A stretch of 64,000 bases of DNA from Isurus oxyrinchus (taxonomy: Eukaryota): the NCBI GenBank assembly GCA_026770705.1, contig JANJGN010000011.1, forward strand, positions 20,956,001-21,020,000, given 5' to 3'. Below are positions 22,530 to 36,629 of this stretch, piece by piece (the stretch's first letter is position 1; every line of letters begins with the position of its first letter). The position numbers and the translations under genes are program-made. Below the pieces are notes generated by a model that saw nothing but the letters and a program-made list of their open reading frames with translations, was not told the origin of the DNA and searched no databases.

Positions 22530-25170
22530 ATTTAGTAATGTTATGGTAAAAGATTCTCTGTGAAATAGTGATCATAATACCATTGAATTCCATATTAATT
22601 TGAATGTGAAATATTCCAATCACAAACAAGAATCTTAAACCTGAACAAAGCCAATTGCATAAGTATGAGGGGAGAACTGGCTAAGGTTAATTGGGTGGAT
22701 AGACTAAAAAAGTATGAAGGTAAATGAACAGTGGGAAACATTTAAAGAAACAATTCAAAATCTTCAACAAAAATACATTCCATCGAGAAACAAAAAGTCA
22801 ACAAGAATGAACTATCCGTGGCTCACTCAGGAAGTTAGGATAGTATTAAGATTAAATGAAGAGGCTTACAATGTTTCAAAAACCAGTAGCAAGTCTAAAG
22901 ATTGGGTGTGTTTTAGAAACGAGCAGGGGGACAGCAAAAGGTAGAGAAAAAAGGAAAAAAATAGAATGAGAGTAAACTAGCCAGGAAAATTAAAAACAGA
23001 TTGTAAGAACTTTTATAAGTATATAAAGAGGAAGAGAATAGCTGAAGTAAGCATTGGTCCCTTAGAAGCAGAGACAGGAGAAATTATCATGGGGAATGAA
23101 GAAATAGCAGAGGCATTGAACAACTATTTTGTATGCCTTCACAGCAGAAGACACAAGTTTCAAACCAGAAACAGATGGTAACCTATGGGCCAAAATGAGT
23201 GTGGAAATTAAAATCAGCAGAGAAAACGTACTGTTGAATCTTGAGGGAATAAAATCCGACAAATCCCCAGAACCTGATGGCCTACACCCTAGGGTTCTAA
23301 AAGAGATAGCTGCAGAGATAGTGGATGTGCTAGCTTTGATTTTCCAAAATTCCTTATATTTGGGAATGATCCCATCAGATTGGAAGTTGGCTAATGTTAC
23401 ACCACTTTTCAAGGAAGGGGGGGGGGTGGAAAAAGCACTACAGGCCAGTTAGCCTAACATTAATTGTTGGGAAAATGCTGAAATCTATTATTAAAGAAAT
23501 CTTAACAAAGCACTTACAGAAGGATAGCATGATTAGAACAAGTCAACATTTTGCTAAGGGGAAATCCTGTTTGTTTATTAGAGTTTTTGAGGATGTAATT
23601 AGTAGCGTAGATAAAGGGAAACCAGATAATGTAGTATACCTGCATTTTGAAAAGGCATTCGATAAGGTGCCATACAAAAGGTTAATAGCAATATAAAGGC
23701 TCATGAAGTTGGGGTAGTATTTTGGCATGGGTAGAGGATTGGTTAATGGATAGAAAGCAGAGAGTGGGCATAAACATGGCATTTTCCAAGTTGGCAGGTA
23801 GTGAATGGTGGAGTGCTTCAAGGATCAATGCTGGGGTCTCAGCTATTTACAATCTATATTAATGACTTAGATGACAAGGCAGAGTAATGTATCGAAGTTT
23901 GCTGATGGTACCAAGCTAGGTGGGAAGGTAAACTGTGGGGAGGACACAGAGAGGCTGCAAAGAGATATAGACAGGTTAAGTGAGTGGGTATCAAGATGAC
24001 AGTTTTAGTAGAATGTAGGGAGTGTTAAGTTATTTACTTTGGCCATAAGAATAGGAAAGCAGAACATTTTTTTAAAAAGGTGTGAAACTTTTATTTGTTG
24101 ATGGTCAAAGGGACTTGGATGTGCCTGTACAAGGATAACAGAAAGTTAGCATGCAGTTGCAGCAAGCAATTGGAAAGGTAAAAGGCATGTTGGTCTTTAT
24201 TGCAAGGGGATTGGACTATGAGAATAAAAAAGTCATTCTACAGTTGTACAGGGATGTGGTGAGACCAGATCTGGAATACTATGTTATGTTTTGGTCTCCA
24301 CATTTAAAAAAGGATATACTGCATTGGAGGCAGGACAGCAAAGATTCACTGGATTGGTCCCTTGAATAAAGGGGTTGTCCTTTGATACAAGGGCAAGTTA
24401 ATTGGGCTTATATTCTCTTGAGTTTAGAAGAATGAGAGGCAATCACATTGAAACCTAAAAAATTCTGAGGGGGCTTGCTTGATAGGGTAGATGCTGAGAG
24501 ATTGTTTCTGCTGGTTGGGGAGCCTAAAACACAAGGGCACAGTCGCAGGAGAAGGGACAATCATTTAGGACTGAGATGAGCAGAAATTGCTTCACTCAAA
24601 GTTGGGTAGAGGGGAATAGATAGAGTGGACAGGATAAAATTGTTTCCCTTGGTGGAGAATTCTAGAACCAGGGGACATAGATTCAAGATAAGTGGCAGAA
24701 GGTGTAGGGGGGGACATGAGGAAGAATTTTTTTACGCAGAGGGTAGTGGGTGTCTGGAATTCGCTACCCAAGTTGGTGTAGAGGCAGAAACTTTAAACTC
24801 TTTTAAAAAGTATCTGGATCTGCACCTAAAGTGCTGTAAGCTGCAGGGCTATGGGCCGAGTGCAGGAAGGTGGGATTAGAAAGGGCACCTGGGTGTCATT
24901 GGGCTGGCATGGACAAGATGGGCCAAATGGCCTCCTTCTGTGCTGTAACTTTTCTATGGTTCTAAGGTTGTGAATCTTTGGAACTCTCTACCCCAGAGGG
25001 TTGTGGATGCTCCATTGTTAAAAACACATTTAAGGCCGGGACAGATTTTTGGTGTCTCAGGGAATTAAGGGATATGGGGAGTGGCTGGTAAAATGGATTG
25101 AAGCTCAACATCAGCCATGATCATGTTGAATGGTGGAGCAGGCTGGACAGGCCAAATGGTCTATTCCTAC
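22530..25170 (+). mobile_element. Long decayed CR1 LINE ORF2 with nested CR1 3' copy (about 24605-24964)
   Basis: KSPEPDGLHPRVLKE, DWKLANVTPLFK, YRPVSLT, VYLHFEKAFDKVP, QGSMLGSQLFTIYINDL, FADGTK motifs, with frameshifts and stops. Confidence 0.9.
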
Positions 25171-25479
25171 TCCTATATTTTGTGTTGTCATGTCCTAAAT
25201 GATCAGCCCCTTATCCTGAGATTGTCCCCCACCCACACAAATAGCTTAAACTTCAATCAAATCATTATAAATTCGAGTGAATTCACCCCATGTTTGAATA
25301 AGTGTTCCTTATAATTTAACCCTTGGAGTCCAGGTATCATTCCAGGTATCACTGCACTCACTCCACTCCTAAAATCTGGTGCCCAGAGTTGCTTCACAGG
25401 GCTCCAGGTGCGGTCTAACCCAGGGATAAGGAAACCAAACCAGGAATTCCAGACTTTACTTCGAACAATATGTTGAAGA

Positions 25480-25960
25480 GTATGAGACTCGACTTTTCTC
25501 TCCACAAACCACCAGACGCACTCACCTTCCCTCACGCAGCCACCACTAACTCCCGCCGGCCGACCAGCCGTCCGTCTATCCATCAAACAGGCGCGCACGG
25601 GAAGTCCCCCCCCCGCACTCCTAAAGCCGAATCCGATTAGCTGAAAGGGCGACAGCGGGACCGGGTCCGATTGGCTGGGAGGGCTGTCACTCTCGGTAGC
25701 GTCACCGCGCCGTTGCTAATGGCCGTCGCCGGCAGGTTTGGTTGAGCTCTGCTTCCTGCAGCAAAGGCTGTTGTGAGGGCGCATACACATACGGACGTAG
25801 AGAGAGAGAGAGAGAGAGAAAAGCAGCCGAGGGAGGAAGAAAGCGGGACTTAACGGTATGGGGGAGGAGACGGGCCGCCTGTTAAATCACCAGCAGAGTT
25901 AGGCCCGAGCCTGTGCAGGTAGTGATGCACACAGGGTGAACCCGGAGTGATTTGTCTCCT
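25480..25960 (+). promoter_or_regulatory. HERC2: CpG-island promoter and probable non-coding first exon of HERC2
   Basis: The clearest CpG-dense unique block in the window. Reverse CCAAT-like boxes at about 25632 and 25666. Candidate donors cg|gtatgg (25855/6) and cag|gtagtg (25918/9). Ends about 100 bp before the HERC2 ATG. Confidence 0.8.
25799..25818 (+). repeat. (AG)n microsatellite in presumptive HERC2 5' UTR
   Basis: About 10 AG units. Confidence 0.9.
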
Positions 25961-26055
25961 CGGGTCCTGTAATTAATATAATGCGGCTGTTTCCTTTGCC
26001 TGCTCCTTCCTCCCCTTCTTGCCATTGAATTTCCTGGAAGACCTGAGGTGGGAAG

Positions 26056-26127
26056 ATGCCTTTCCAGTGTTTCTGTCTGGCAGCACAGGCTCGTTTCGAC
26101 TCAAAGTGGCTGAAGACGGATTTGCAG
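26056..26127 (+). CDS. HERC2: E3 ubiquitin ligase HERC2, first coding exon
   Basis: aagATG start; MPFQCFCLAAQARFDSKWLKTDLQ|gtatta. Recalled human N-terminus: MPSESFCLAAQARLDSKWLKTDIQ. Probable acceptor at 26040/1 after a pyrimidine tract. Confidence 0.95.
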
Positions 26128-27739
26128 GTATTAAAATTAAATAGATAATTATTTCCAGGATAAGTGGTGGGCGGAATCTGTAATCTAGGTTAATATAACT
26201 GTGCTGATGTCTAACTCCCACCCAGGGCTAGGGGTGTAAAATGAGGATAGTAAGGCTAATGGGCTGATGTGTTTGTATTTGCTTGGGTGGGGGAAGGATG
26301 CAGATTAAATCAGCGTGATCATATTTTTAGTCTCTCCTGCAGACAGGCAGCCATGGATTTGGATGGCCCTTTTCTCCTCGTTCCCAAATCTCTTACTCCC
26401 CTCCCCTCCCAACCCCTTTCCTCTATCTTGTTCCTGTCAGCTTCAATGATGGAAATACGAATTGTGATTGAGAGGATGTAAATATAAATTAAAAAAAAAA
26501 TACAATATATATGCACCTATGAACGGCTCTTGTATTGTCCTAAGTTCAGTCTGCCCCTGCTTTGAGGTGTGTATCACCATACACTGCAAACGGTTACCAG
26601 TACTGAAACATTATACTGTATTTAAAAGATCAGTATGTACTTTCACTCAAGCATAGGATATTTAAAGAATTACATCAATATCAACAAAATAATGGTTTCC
26701 TTTTATAGGAAATTTTAAGTAGGCCTCCATAAAATGGAGGCAGCAAGGTGACAAACAGGTTTTTTTGAAAACATCTTTTGTAGAAGTATAATTAATAGGT
26801 TAACCTTTTTATAAGACTTTCTTGAAGGCATATTTATTGTGTTGAATTATTTGCATGCATTGATTAATATTCAGAATGTATTATGTTGGTGAGGCCCTAA
26901 CTGTGTGCGGAAAGGCAGGAATCTGATGGTCAATATGACAGAAGTAAACAGTTGATGAAGTAAACATTTGTGATGTGAATAAAAATTTGAAAGTCATAGT
27001 ATGGAGTAGCGATGTAGTATGTGTTGCAAATTACTTTGCTATGGATTATTAAGGTATAGACGTGTACTTGCTCTTTCAATACATATTGAATTTCAAATGC
27101 AATTGTACCAATAGGGGAAAGGCCAATAATAGAAATGCATAATCCCTGTTTTGCAAGGAGAATTATAATTGAAACGTGAGTTTATTTTCTATTATCCATG
27201 TGCCACCCTCTTCCAAAAATCTTGCTGCTTTAATTTATCTTCTGGCATTTAGAGTACAGAGGAGTGAGAGCAGATCCTGTATGCAAGACAGAATGATGCA
27301 CACTGAATTATATTGGAATTTGCAACACAGAAGCAAGTTGTTTTGATCTAACCAGGCCGTGCTGTTGATCCTAATTCCATGTACCTGCCCCTTGTTGCCA
27401 TATCCCTCTTATTGCTCTAACCTTATTCCTATCTAACCTATTCTTAAATTTTGACAAGGACTCTGTTTCAATCACTCATTATGGTAATGCATACAGTCTT
27501 ACAACACGTGTTTAAAAAAAAAAGGTTTCTGCTGCATGTCCTTAAACTCTTGTATTTCACTCGAGATCTGCTCTTGTATCTCACTTGAGACCTCTGTCCC
27601 CTTGTTTGAGTCCCTGCCACCACTCCAGATAGTCCTATGATGCAGGAAGAACTTAAAATCCAAAACCATTGTGATTTGGAGATTTTCTGTATTGTTTCTA
27701 TTCTACATCACTCACTGTCTTGGTGCTTTACTATAGCAG

Positions 27740-28290
27740 AACATCACAAGAAAGGATGATTGGATGATGTGCAGGAGTTGGGAGAATTGTAAGGAGAGGT
27801 GTCTGAAAGCCAAGTCAAAGAGTAAATTTTTAAAAAGTTTCTGAAGGTGGGGGAAGTTGTATTAAAATTGAGGGGATTTAGGAAGAGTGCTTCAGAGGGC
27901 AGGATCATGATGACTGAGGAGGATGGGGGTGTTGGAGATGGAGCGGTGTGGACTGGAGGAAGTAAGCTTGGAAGTTTGAACAAGTTTGTGAACAAGAAAA
28001 TGAAAACAAAATGAGGTCATTGAGTGGTGGAACAACAATGATAGGCGGTGTGTTTCAAGGATAACAATGGAAATGGAGCTCGGCGATGAGTTGAAGTAGA
28101 CTGGACTTCAGTGGATGATTGAGATCCTTGGGGAAAATGAACCTGGAAACGAATAGGGTATGGATGAGCATCGCAGTGGTGAAATTGATGTGGAAGTACA
28201 TAATGCTGGTGATGACTGAATGTTCATCCAAGGGTGAGTGATGTTTTGGGCGGTGACGCTATATGGGGAGGAATGGAATCAGTGGATATT
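27740..28290 (-). mobile_element. Old L2-like LINE 3' fragment
   Basis: Purine-rich degenerate sequence resembling the reverse of an L2 ORF2 end and 3' UTR. Confidence 0.4.
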
Positions 28291-31049
28291 AGCTGATGCA
28301 TTTCAGAGGTTCAGAAAGATTCGAGCAAATTAATTTTGACTAACCATTTGTAGAATTTAATGAGAAATTACTTTATGATACTGTCGTGCCTTGTTAATTT
28401 GGCTTTACAAACCTGGTGTAAACTGTTTCAAATGGATATTGATGAATTTTAAAACATTAACTTGATTATTGTTTTGATTGGAACAGCTGTTATTGAAAGA
28501 AACAAAAATGAATTTTAAGCAGATGATTTTTGCTCCAAATGATCTCTCTCTGTTTACAATCTAGTTACAGTGGACTGAGTTTTGTCAGAACCCATTAAAG
28601 ACCTTCGGTACTTATGTATGCTTTCTGTAGAATGTCAGTAGAGTTTCCCTATCGCACAGTAACTGTTTATGTTGCTTTACTCTGATGCAAAACAAAATAA
28701 ATGGTCTTGAAAAGTAAAGCTTGCTGATCCTTTGTAAGGTTCATAAAAGAATGTTGATAATATTTTGACCTGATTGTAATGAGATGGAACAGATTCAACT
28801 GTAGTGATGTGATTTTTTTTCCTTAACTGATTCGCGAAGTATGAAAGAAAGACTGAGAACATAGATTTTGTTGTCAGCTCGAGGTGGAATTTTTTAAAAA
28901 TAAGATATCTCTTCCAAACTAACTTATTGTAGACATTTAAAAATAATGTTTTCTTTTAAAATTTGATGGTATTGAGGTTAAGAATGAAAACCATGTTCTG
29001 TGGGAAGTGAACACATTTTAGTGGAAACTGAAGTGTTCTATTTATTTATTTGCTGTTCTGTGCTAGTATTGTAAGTTGTAATTAAGACAGTACCATCATC
29101 TGAGACTCAGCCCATTGTATGTAGCATCTTAAGTATAGGGTTAACCGTTACTTGGCTGTGGAAATCCTTTGACTTGCTCAGTTGCTTCCCACTACAATTT
29201 TTTTGTCCTTTAATGCTCCCCTCAACACAAGTCAATTTTATGTGACCTGTTCTTGTTATTGCATCTGCTTTGTCAAAACTTGCAGTTTGAGAAATTTTTA
29301 ATAGTAACTAGGAATACAGCAATACGTTTGAAAAGTATTTGATATACTGAACTGAGATCAGGCCCCTGTTGGTATTAGTTTCCTGAACCCATCTTTTTAT
29401 TTTCTTTAAACTGTACATTTTGCTCTGTGTCTTTGTCATCTGAAGGCGAGAGATTTATTTTTAAACAGTAGATGATGATCTTTCAACTACAAAGTACAGT
29501 ACGTGATTTTTCCCTCTGAAGTATCTTAGTGAAAAATGTTTAGGTAAAAAATATTGCATGTTAAAAATGTGGATGATGTGAATTCCTGCTGGGCAATCTC
29601 AAAAAAATGAGGTCTTTGTTGTTTTAAAAATATTTTTGTCTCCACAAGCTTCCATGATGGGTTCTCGATTCTAACTAAAATGTGTATGTTACTGATGCAA
29701 ACACGAGCTATTTTTAGGATTTCACCAGTCTAATTTTTTAAATGTACACCTTGTAAGTTTACCAATCTATCCTGTGGGATCGCTCATCAACTGTGCTGGC
29801 CCACGCAACACTCTTATGTCAAAGATTCATTGATTGCATATGCCCACACTGATAAGTGCAGTTGGGAGGTTGGCCTGCAGCATTGAAGTTCGGAGCTGCA
29901 CACGTGACTATCTTCTCTTGGATAGCTTGTCAGGACATAACATTGCTGAAGTTGACCACTGCTATTGAGTTACTCATTGTGGGAAGGAGCAAGAGGAATA
30001 GACCCCCAATGAGATATGACCTGTACCATGTTGGTCTATTGTGAATCTAAATATTTTGCGAGGTGTAATACAAAGTGGCAAGGAAATCTTGAAGGGCTTT
30101 ATTGGGAATATGATACTTTTAATAAAAATATCTTTCTTTGTTTGCATCATAGCACTATTGTGCTTAGTTTAACATATTTTTGATTTGCTCAAAGATTGAT
30201 CTATTTTAGGTGGCAACAAAGTGCCATGAGAATCATGTGGGACTTCAATCAGCAATGAACGTACTGGCTATTCTGAACTTTGTGGTATTGTGAAATAATG
30301 CCCTTCCAAAAATTGAGTTATTTAACAATCGCAGCTTAAGCAAGCACTGCATGTTTTTTATCTCCTTAACTCCTGTTGAACGAATGCAATCATGTAAGGC
30401 CTACAGTTTAACCAGTCCAGTTCAATTGTTTTCTACGTGTGCTCACCTTTCCCATTTCACATTGTCAGCCACTTAAATTGTCAACTTGTATGTTGTGAAA
30501 GGAAGCTAAATAGCTGAGAGAGAGAAACAAATATTTAACTTCGGCCAATTTCTGTTCGTATCTGAAAAGAGACTACTGAGTTTATGAGAAGGAATGGAGA
30601 AATTTTATCTAACTACTCCGCAGTCCCTGATAAAGATTTTTGTGACAGTTAATGTGAGTCTGGCATGTTATCTTGCCTGTAAACTTGGAGACCTGGCTCC
30701 AATCCAGAGCAGTTGTAAAATACCTAATTTTAGTGTACAAGTGTTAGCATTAAGCTTATAGGTTTATTTCAGTCTCAAAATCTACCTGAGGCCTGTAGCT
30801 GAAAGTTAGCCCCTTAAATGACTATCCAGCTTTTCTTGAATAGTTTTTAAAGTCAGCAAAGGTACAGAAACCAGTGTCCTATGCTTTGTAAAACAAGCCC
30901 ATGAAAAACGCTATTGCATTTTGGATCACTTAGCCATGTTGCTTCTGAATTAAAAGACCGTGGAGTTAAAATAAAAACAGAAAATTCTGGAAAAGCTTAG
31001 CAGGTCTGGCAGTAGAGTTAATGCTCCAAGTCCAACATGTCTTCTTCGG

Positions 31050-31330
31050 AATTCCATGGGTTCAAGCTTGACCATGTATTTTCACAATTTAGTGCAATGC
31101 TGAGAGAGTATTGTATTGGTGGTGGTGCTTTTTTGAATGAAGCCTTAAATTCAGTCCCCCATTTGAAGGCTCAGTTGTATATAAAATATCCCACAAAACA
31201 ATTTGGAAAGGAGCAGAGAGGTTCGCCTTATGTCCAACTTTTATCCTCCAGTGCCAGAAACAAATTGGTTAGTTGGTCATTCATCTAATTGTTTCTGGAA
31301 TTTTGCTGTGTGCAAATAGGTTGTGTGGAA
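31050..31330 (+). mobile_element. Deu-domain SINE remnant, preceded by a Penelope end (30967-31050)
   Basis: gggttcaag B-box, then gtgcaatgctgagagagt...gaatgaagccttaaa, resembling the Deu domain. Related copy at 37355-38230. Confidence 0.5.
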
Positions 31331-31709
31331 ACGCATTGTCTCATTCCACATAGACACTGATGACACCTAGCTCTATCCCACTGCCACATCTTTCGACCCT
31401 TTCACTGACTCTGATTTATCACTGCTTGTTCGATATTGACATGTATTGGACGAGCAGAAATTTCCTCCATCTGGCCACCAACTCCATCACTTTCCCTACC
31501 AGCTAAATGAGGGTGAACCAGACCATTCACAACCTTGAAGAGTTATTTAAACCAAAGTCCTTAGATTAGCTTCCACATCCAATTTCATCTATTCCTTTGT
31601 TACCTCTAGACATGACCATTCCTTCCAATCTACATCCAAAACTCTGCACCTTAAATCACAATGCAGAAGTGTTGCCTGTAAAGCATGGTGGGATGTTTTG
31701 AAGATGCAT

Positions 31710-32070
31710 TTTTTTTTTTATTTGTTCATGGTCTTGCTGGCTAGGCCAGCATTTATTACCCATCCCTAGTTCAGGGGGTATTTAAGCATTTAAGGGGACA
31801 TTGCTGTGGGTCTGGAGTCACATGTAGTCATAGCCAGACCAGCTAAGGACAGCCAATTTCCTTCCCTAAAGGACATTAGTGAACCAGATGTGTCTTACAA
31901 CAATCAACATTGGTTTCATGATCATCATTAGACTTTTAATTCCAGAACTTTTATTGAATTCAAATTCCACCATCTGGCATGGTGGGGTTCGAACCCAGGC
32001 CCCCAGAGCATTACCCTGGGTCTCTGGATTACTAGTCCAGCAACAAAACCACTATGCTATTGCCTCCCCC
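31710..32070 (-). mobile_element. tRNA-derived SINE (family of 1060-1418)
   Basis: Reverse complement has tagcatagtgg A-box, gggttcgaaccc B-box and the LINE-type tail. Confidence 0.8.
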
Positions 32071-34369
32071 CTTTATTTGCAAGCTTCCTGTGAATCACAT
32101 GTAGTCTGGCCCTTGCTGTTGTTCTGTAGATCATAATCTAGCATATTATAACATTTCAACTAATTTATGATGTATAATTGTGGGGAGAGGGTTGGCATGG
32201 GTGGGAAGCAAGAAGCAGGAAGAGAGGACGTCTTTGTTTATCACTTTTCCCATCTGAGGATCAGGCCCAAGTTAACAGCAAACATCTTGATCATAGCTTG
32301 AAGAAGATACTTGTGCAGTTTTTATTTCTTTGGATCTCACATACCCATCCCCAAAATAAAAAATCCTAATGACCTGCAGTAATCTAATTGAAGGTACTTT
32401 GCTGATGGCAGGATGACCCAAATCTCGCAGTTCATGTCAATGTACCCATTACTTGTTTTTTGTGTATCTCAATTTACTGATGCTACCTGATTCTAATTTA
32501 GGATGTATCCTGAAAGAGGATGTAGTGGGAAGGACAGCTCCTTCAAAGCTTCCAACTCCATGAAATTCAAATGGAATACCAAGGAGTAAGAAACGTCAAC
32601 AGGATCATACAAAAAGTACTTACGGTTTATTGGCTGGATTGACAGGGCTTGTGGTTTGGAGGTGGCCCACTTTCACTACTTTGCCATATGTTTTTCTGTA
32701 TTTTATTGAGGTGCATCTGATTTTTAAAGGTTGTTCAAAGCAGCTTGGCATATACAGCCATTACTTCATAAACTTTTTAAATGAGCTATTCCATGTAAAA
32801 ATAATGTGAGTAACAAATAAATGAGAATACAGTCCTCACCACTTTATGCTTGCTACAGGCAGCCACCTATGTCAGGCAAATGGAGCAAAGCATTTGTCAT
32901 TGTCATTGAAGTCAATTACAAAGATGTCACTTATAATGTTTTTCGGCATGCTGGTTATTTTGGGACATATGACAAAGCTTTCGCCTCTCATAATGTTCAC
33001 AAGCTGCCACCAGCTCATTTTAATTCTGGTGAATTAATTCAGCTGTATAACAAAGATGCATGAGTCTTATTGAATAAGTCTGATGTGCTGTAGCAGCAAA
33101 TTGAGTCTGCAAGGGACTCTGGAGCAATAAAGATGGAGACCTGGAGAAAATCCACGATTTTTAATTTTGCATACAAACTGCAGTAGTTTTACTGTACACT
33201 CCTTAACAGTGGGCAAATCTCACAAACACCAATGGTGGGAACCGTATTTTGGAGTAGATTGCATTAACTCGCGCAGCAACTTTTTCAATATTTATACTGT
33301 CTTGTCACATGAATATGAAATTACATGATTACATACTTTTGAGATAACCCTGTCATACCTGCTATCTCATTCTATAGTGTTTGGTTCAAATCAATAGGCA
33401 ATTAAGTGATGGAGAAGGGAGTGCAATTTCAATCTTTAAATGTGCAAATTGCTCTCCTGAATGGTCAGTGATTTCTGTTCAGAAATTAGCTCAGTCAGGC
33501 AGATGAGAAAAATCTCAGGCTAGATCCTGCGGTTCTGCTGAATTATCTGGTCTCAGTTGGTCCAGCAGAAGGGTGCAACAATTACTGTCTGTGCCTCTGG
33601 GTTGGGGTGGGGAAATTGGCCAGCTTTCTAGTTCCTGATTTCTTGCAATTGATCTGTATTATGTACTGTTAATGATGAAGTTGATAAAAATAACATTCTG
33701 CATCAATGTGATTGAAAAAATAAAATGAGTACTGATTTTTTTCCTTATCCGTTCCCAGGGTTTACTCTGATTCCCTGTTGCTTAAAATAGCATGCTATTT
33801 ATTAAATTTAATCTAAAACCTTTTGGAAGTTCATGTGCACTTACCATCATCATGTTTCTCTCAGTCCATTTGGTTTGTCATTTCCTCAATACAATTGATT
33901 TGTCAGGCAGGATTTTCCCTTTGTGAATCCATGTTGGCTGCTGTTAACTAGGCTATTGTTGATCCTCAAGCTTATTTCTACAAATCACTTAGTTTCCTCC
34001 TGTGTATATAAAAAAAATAATGTAAGCTAATGGGTCTGTGGTTGCCCATGTCTGTTTGATCATCCTCTTTGAATATGTGGACCGTATTAGCCTATTTTCA
34101 ATTTGGTGATATCTTCCCAATGTCCACTTAATGATTCTTGATGCCTCTCATATCTCTTCCCTTGTCTATTTCAGCACTCTGGGATAACTGTTATCCATCC
34201 CATATGATTTATTTGTTTCGAGCCCCTTTTATCTGCCTGGGACTTCTGTTCCATATGGGGAAGTTATTGATTGAACCTAGGATATTTTGACAAAAAGGCA
34301 TGTTGCTGATATTTTCCCTTGTGATGTTCATATTTTATGGCTTGTACTACTTCTGTAACTGTCTTCTTA

Positions 34370-35180
34370 AATAAAAACAAAATCCTGGAAAAATTCAGCA
34401 CCTGTGGAGAGAATCAGAGTTAACGCTTTGAGTCCGAATGACTTCTTTAGAACTAAAGAGAGGTAGAAATGCAATGGATTTTATACTGTTTAAGAGAGGG
34501 TGGAGCAAATGGAAGGTCAGGGTTAGGTGGGAGCTGTGAAGAAATTTGACAAGGATGTCATGGACTGGACACAGGATAAAGGGAGTATTAATGGTCGTGT
34601 TAAAGATTAAAGGTGCTGATAGTGACATAAAGGTAAGGTAGCAGAATGTGTTAACAGCAGAACAAGGGTCAGTGCCCTGAGAAAGCACAACATAAAAACA
34701 AGTGACAGATGGCCCTGTGGAGGAGGGGGTTTGCGGAAAAAGGATTAAAAATAAAATTAATTAAAAAAAATTCGATTTTTAAAAAAAAGTGGGTGAGGAT
34801 GGAGGGGAGAGTCCATGCTCTGAAGTTGTTGAACTCAATGTTAAGTCTGGAAGATTGTAAAGTGCCTAATCGGAAGATGAGGTACTGTTCCTCCAGTTTG
34901 CGCTGGACTTTTATTGGAACATTGCAGCAGGCTAAGAACGGGCATGAGAGCAGGATGGTGTCTTGAAATGGCAAGTGACAGAAAGGTCTGGGTCATGCTT
35001 GCAGACTGAGCGAAGGTGCTCTGCAAAGCAGTCACCCACTCTACATTTTGTCTCCTCAATGCAGAGGAGACTGCATTGGGAGCAGTAAGTACAGTCGACT
35101 AAATCGAAGGAGGTTCAAGTGAAACACTGCTTCACCTGAAAGGAGTATTGGGGCCTTGGACAGTGAGGAGGTGGGAGATA
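34370..35180 (-). mobile_element. Penelope-like element 3' fragment (GIY-YIG C-terminus + terminal repeat)
   Basis: QRKLEEQYLIFRLGTLQSSRLNIEFNNFR, followed on the same strand by a decayed hammerhead motif (about 34418-34455). Confidence 0.85.
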
Positions 35181-35194
35181 AAGGGGCACCAGCC

Positions 35195-36490
35195 CATTTG
35201 AATGTTTTAAGGTGGTGGATGGGGTGTCAATCAAGTAAGCTGCTTTGTCCTGGATGATGTCGAGCTTCTTGAGTTTTATTGGAGCTGCACTCATCCGGGC
35301 AAATGGAGAGTAGTCGATCGCACTCCTGACTTGTAGATGGCGGAGAGGCTTTGGGGAGTCAGGAGATGAATTACTCATTGCTGAATTCCCAGCCTCTGAC
35401 CTGCTGTTGTAGCCGCAGTATTTATGTGGCTGATCCAATTTAGTTTCTGATTAATGGTGACCCCCAGGATTTTGTTAGTCTGTGATTCAGCAATAGTAGT
35501 GCCATTGAATGTCATGTGGAGAAGATTGGATTCTCTCTTGTTGGAGATGGTCATTGCCTGGCACTTGTGTGGCGCGAATGTTACTTGCTACTCATGAGCC
35601 CAAGCCTGAATGTTGTCCAGGTCTTGCTGCACATGGACTGATTCAGTACCTGAGGAGTTGTGAATGGTACTGAACATTGTGCAATCATCAGCAAACATCC
35701 CTAGTTCTAACATTATGATGGAGGGAAGGTCATTGATGAATAAGCAGAAGATGACTGAGCCTAGGATACTACCCTGAGGGACTTTTGCTAGGATGCCCTG
35801 GGACTGAGATGATTGGCCTCCAGCAACCACAATCATCTTCCCTTGTGCTAAGTATGACTCCAATGAGTGGAGAGCTTTCCTCCAATTTCCATTGACTTCA
35901 GCTTCCTTAGGGCTCTTTGATGCCACATGCGGTCAAATGCAGCCTTGATATGAAGGGTAGTTACTCTCATTCACCTCTGGCGTTCAGCTCTGTTGTCCCA
36001 TGTTTGGACCAAGTCTGTAATGAAGTCAGGAGCTGAGTGGCTCTGGCGGAACCCAAACTGAGTGTCAGTAAGCAGATTATCGCTAAGCAAGTGTCACTTT
36101 GTAGCATTGCCGACGACATCTTCCATCACTTTGATGATTGAGAAGAGGCTGATGGGGCCAGATTGGATTTGTCCTCCTTTTTTGTGGATAGGACATACCT
36201 GGGAAATTTTTCACATTTGTCAGGTCAATACCAGTCTTACAATTGTACTAGAACAGCTTGGCTTGGGGTGTGGCTATATCTGGAGCACAAGTCTTTAGTG
36301 CTGATGCTGGGAATTTCAGGGCCCGTAGCCTTTGCAGTATCCAGTGCCTTCAGCTATTTTTTGTCACCACACTGAGTGAATCAGATTGACTAAGACTGGC
36401 TTCTGTGATGCTGGGGATCTCACAAGGAAGCTGAGATGGATCATTCACTCAGTACTTCTGGCTGAAGATAGTTGCAAATGCTCCTGTTAT
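35195..36490 (-). mobile_element. CR1/L2-group LINE RT fragment
   Basis: VPQGSILGSVIFCLFINDLP..MFADDCT..QQDLDNIQAW. Confidence 0.85.
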
Positions 36491-36629
36491 TGGGTATTTC
36501 TGACTTCCAGGACATGTTAAACTTTGCCATTTTTTGGTGCCATGCTTCTGTTTCTTGTACATTTCTCAGTAATTAACTCACACCAGGTCAAGAGGCTGCT
36601 TTCCTCCTGGAGCTTCCTTGACACAGTAA

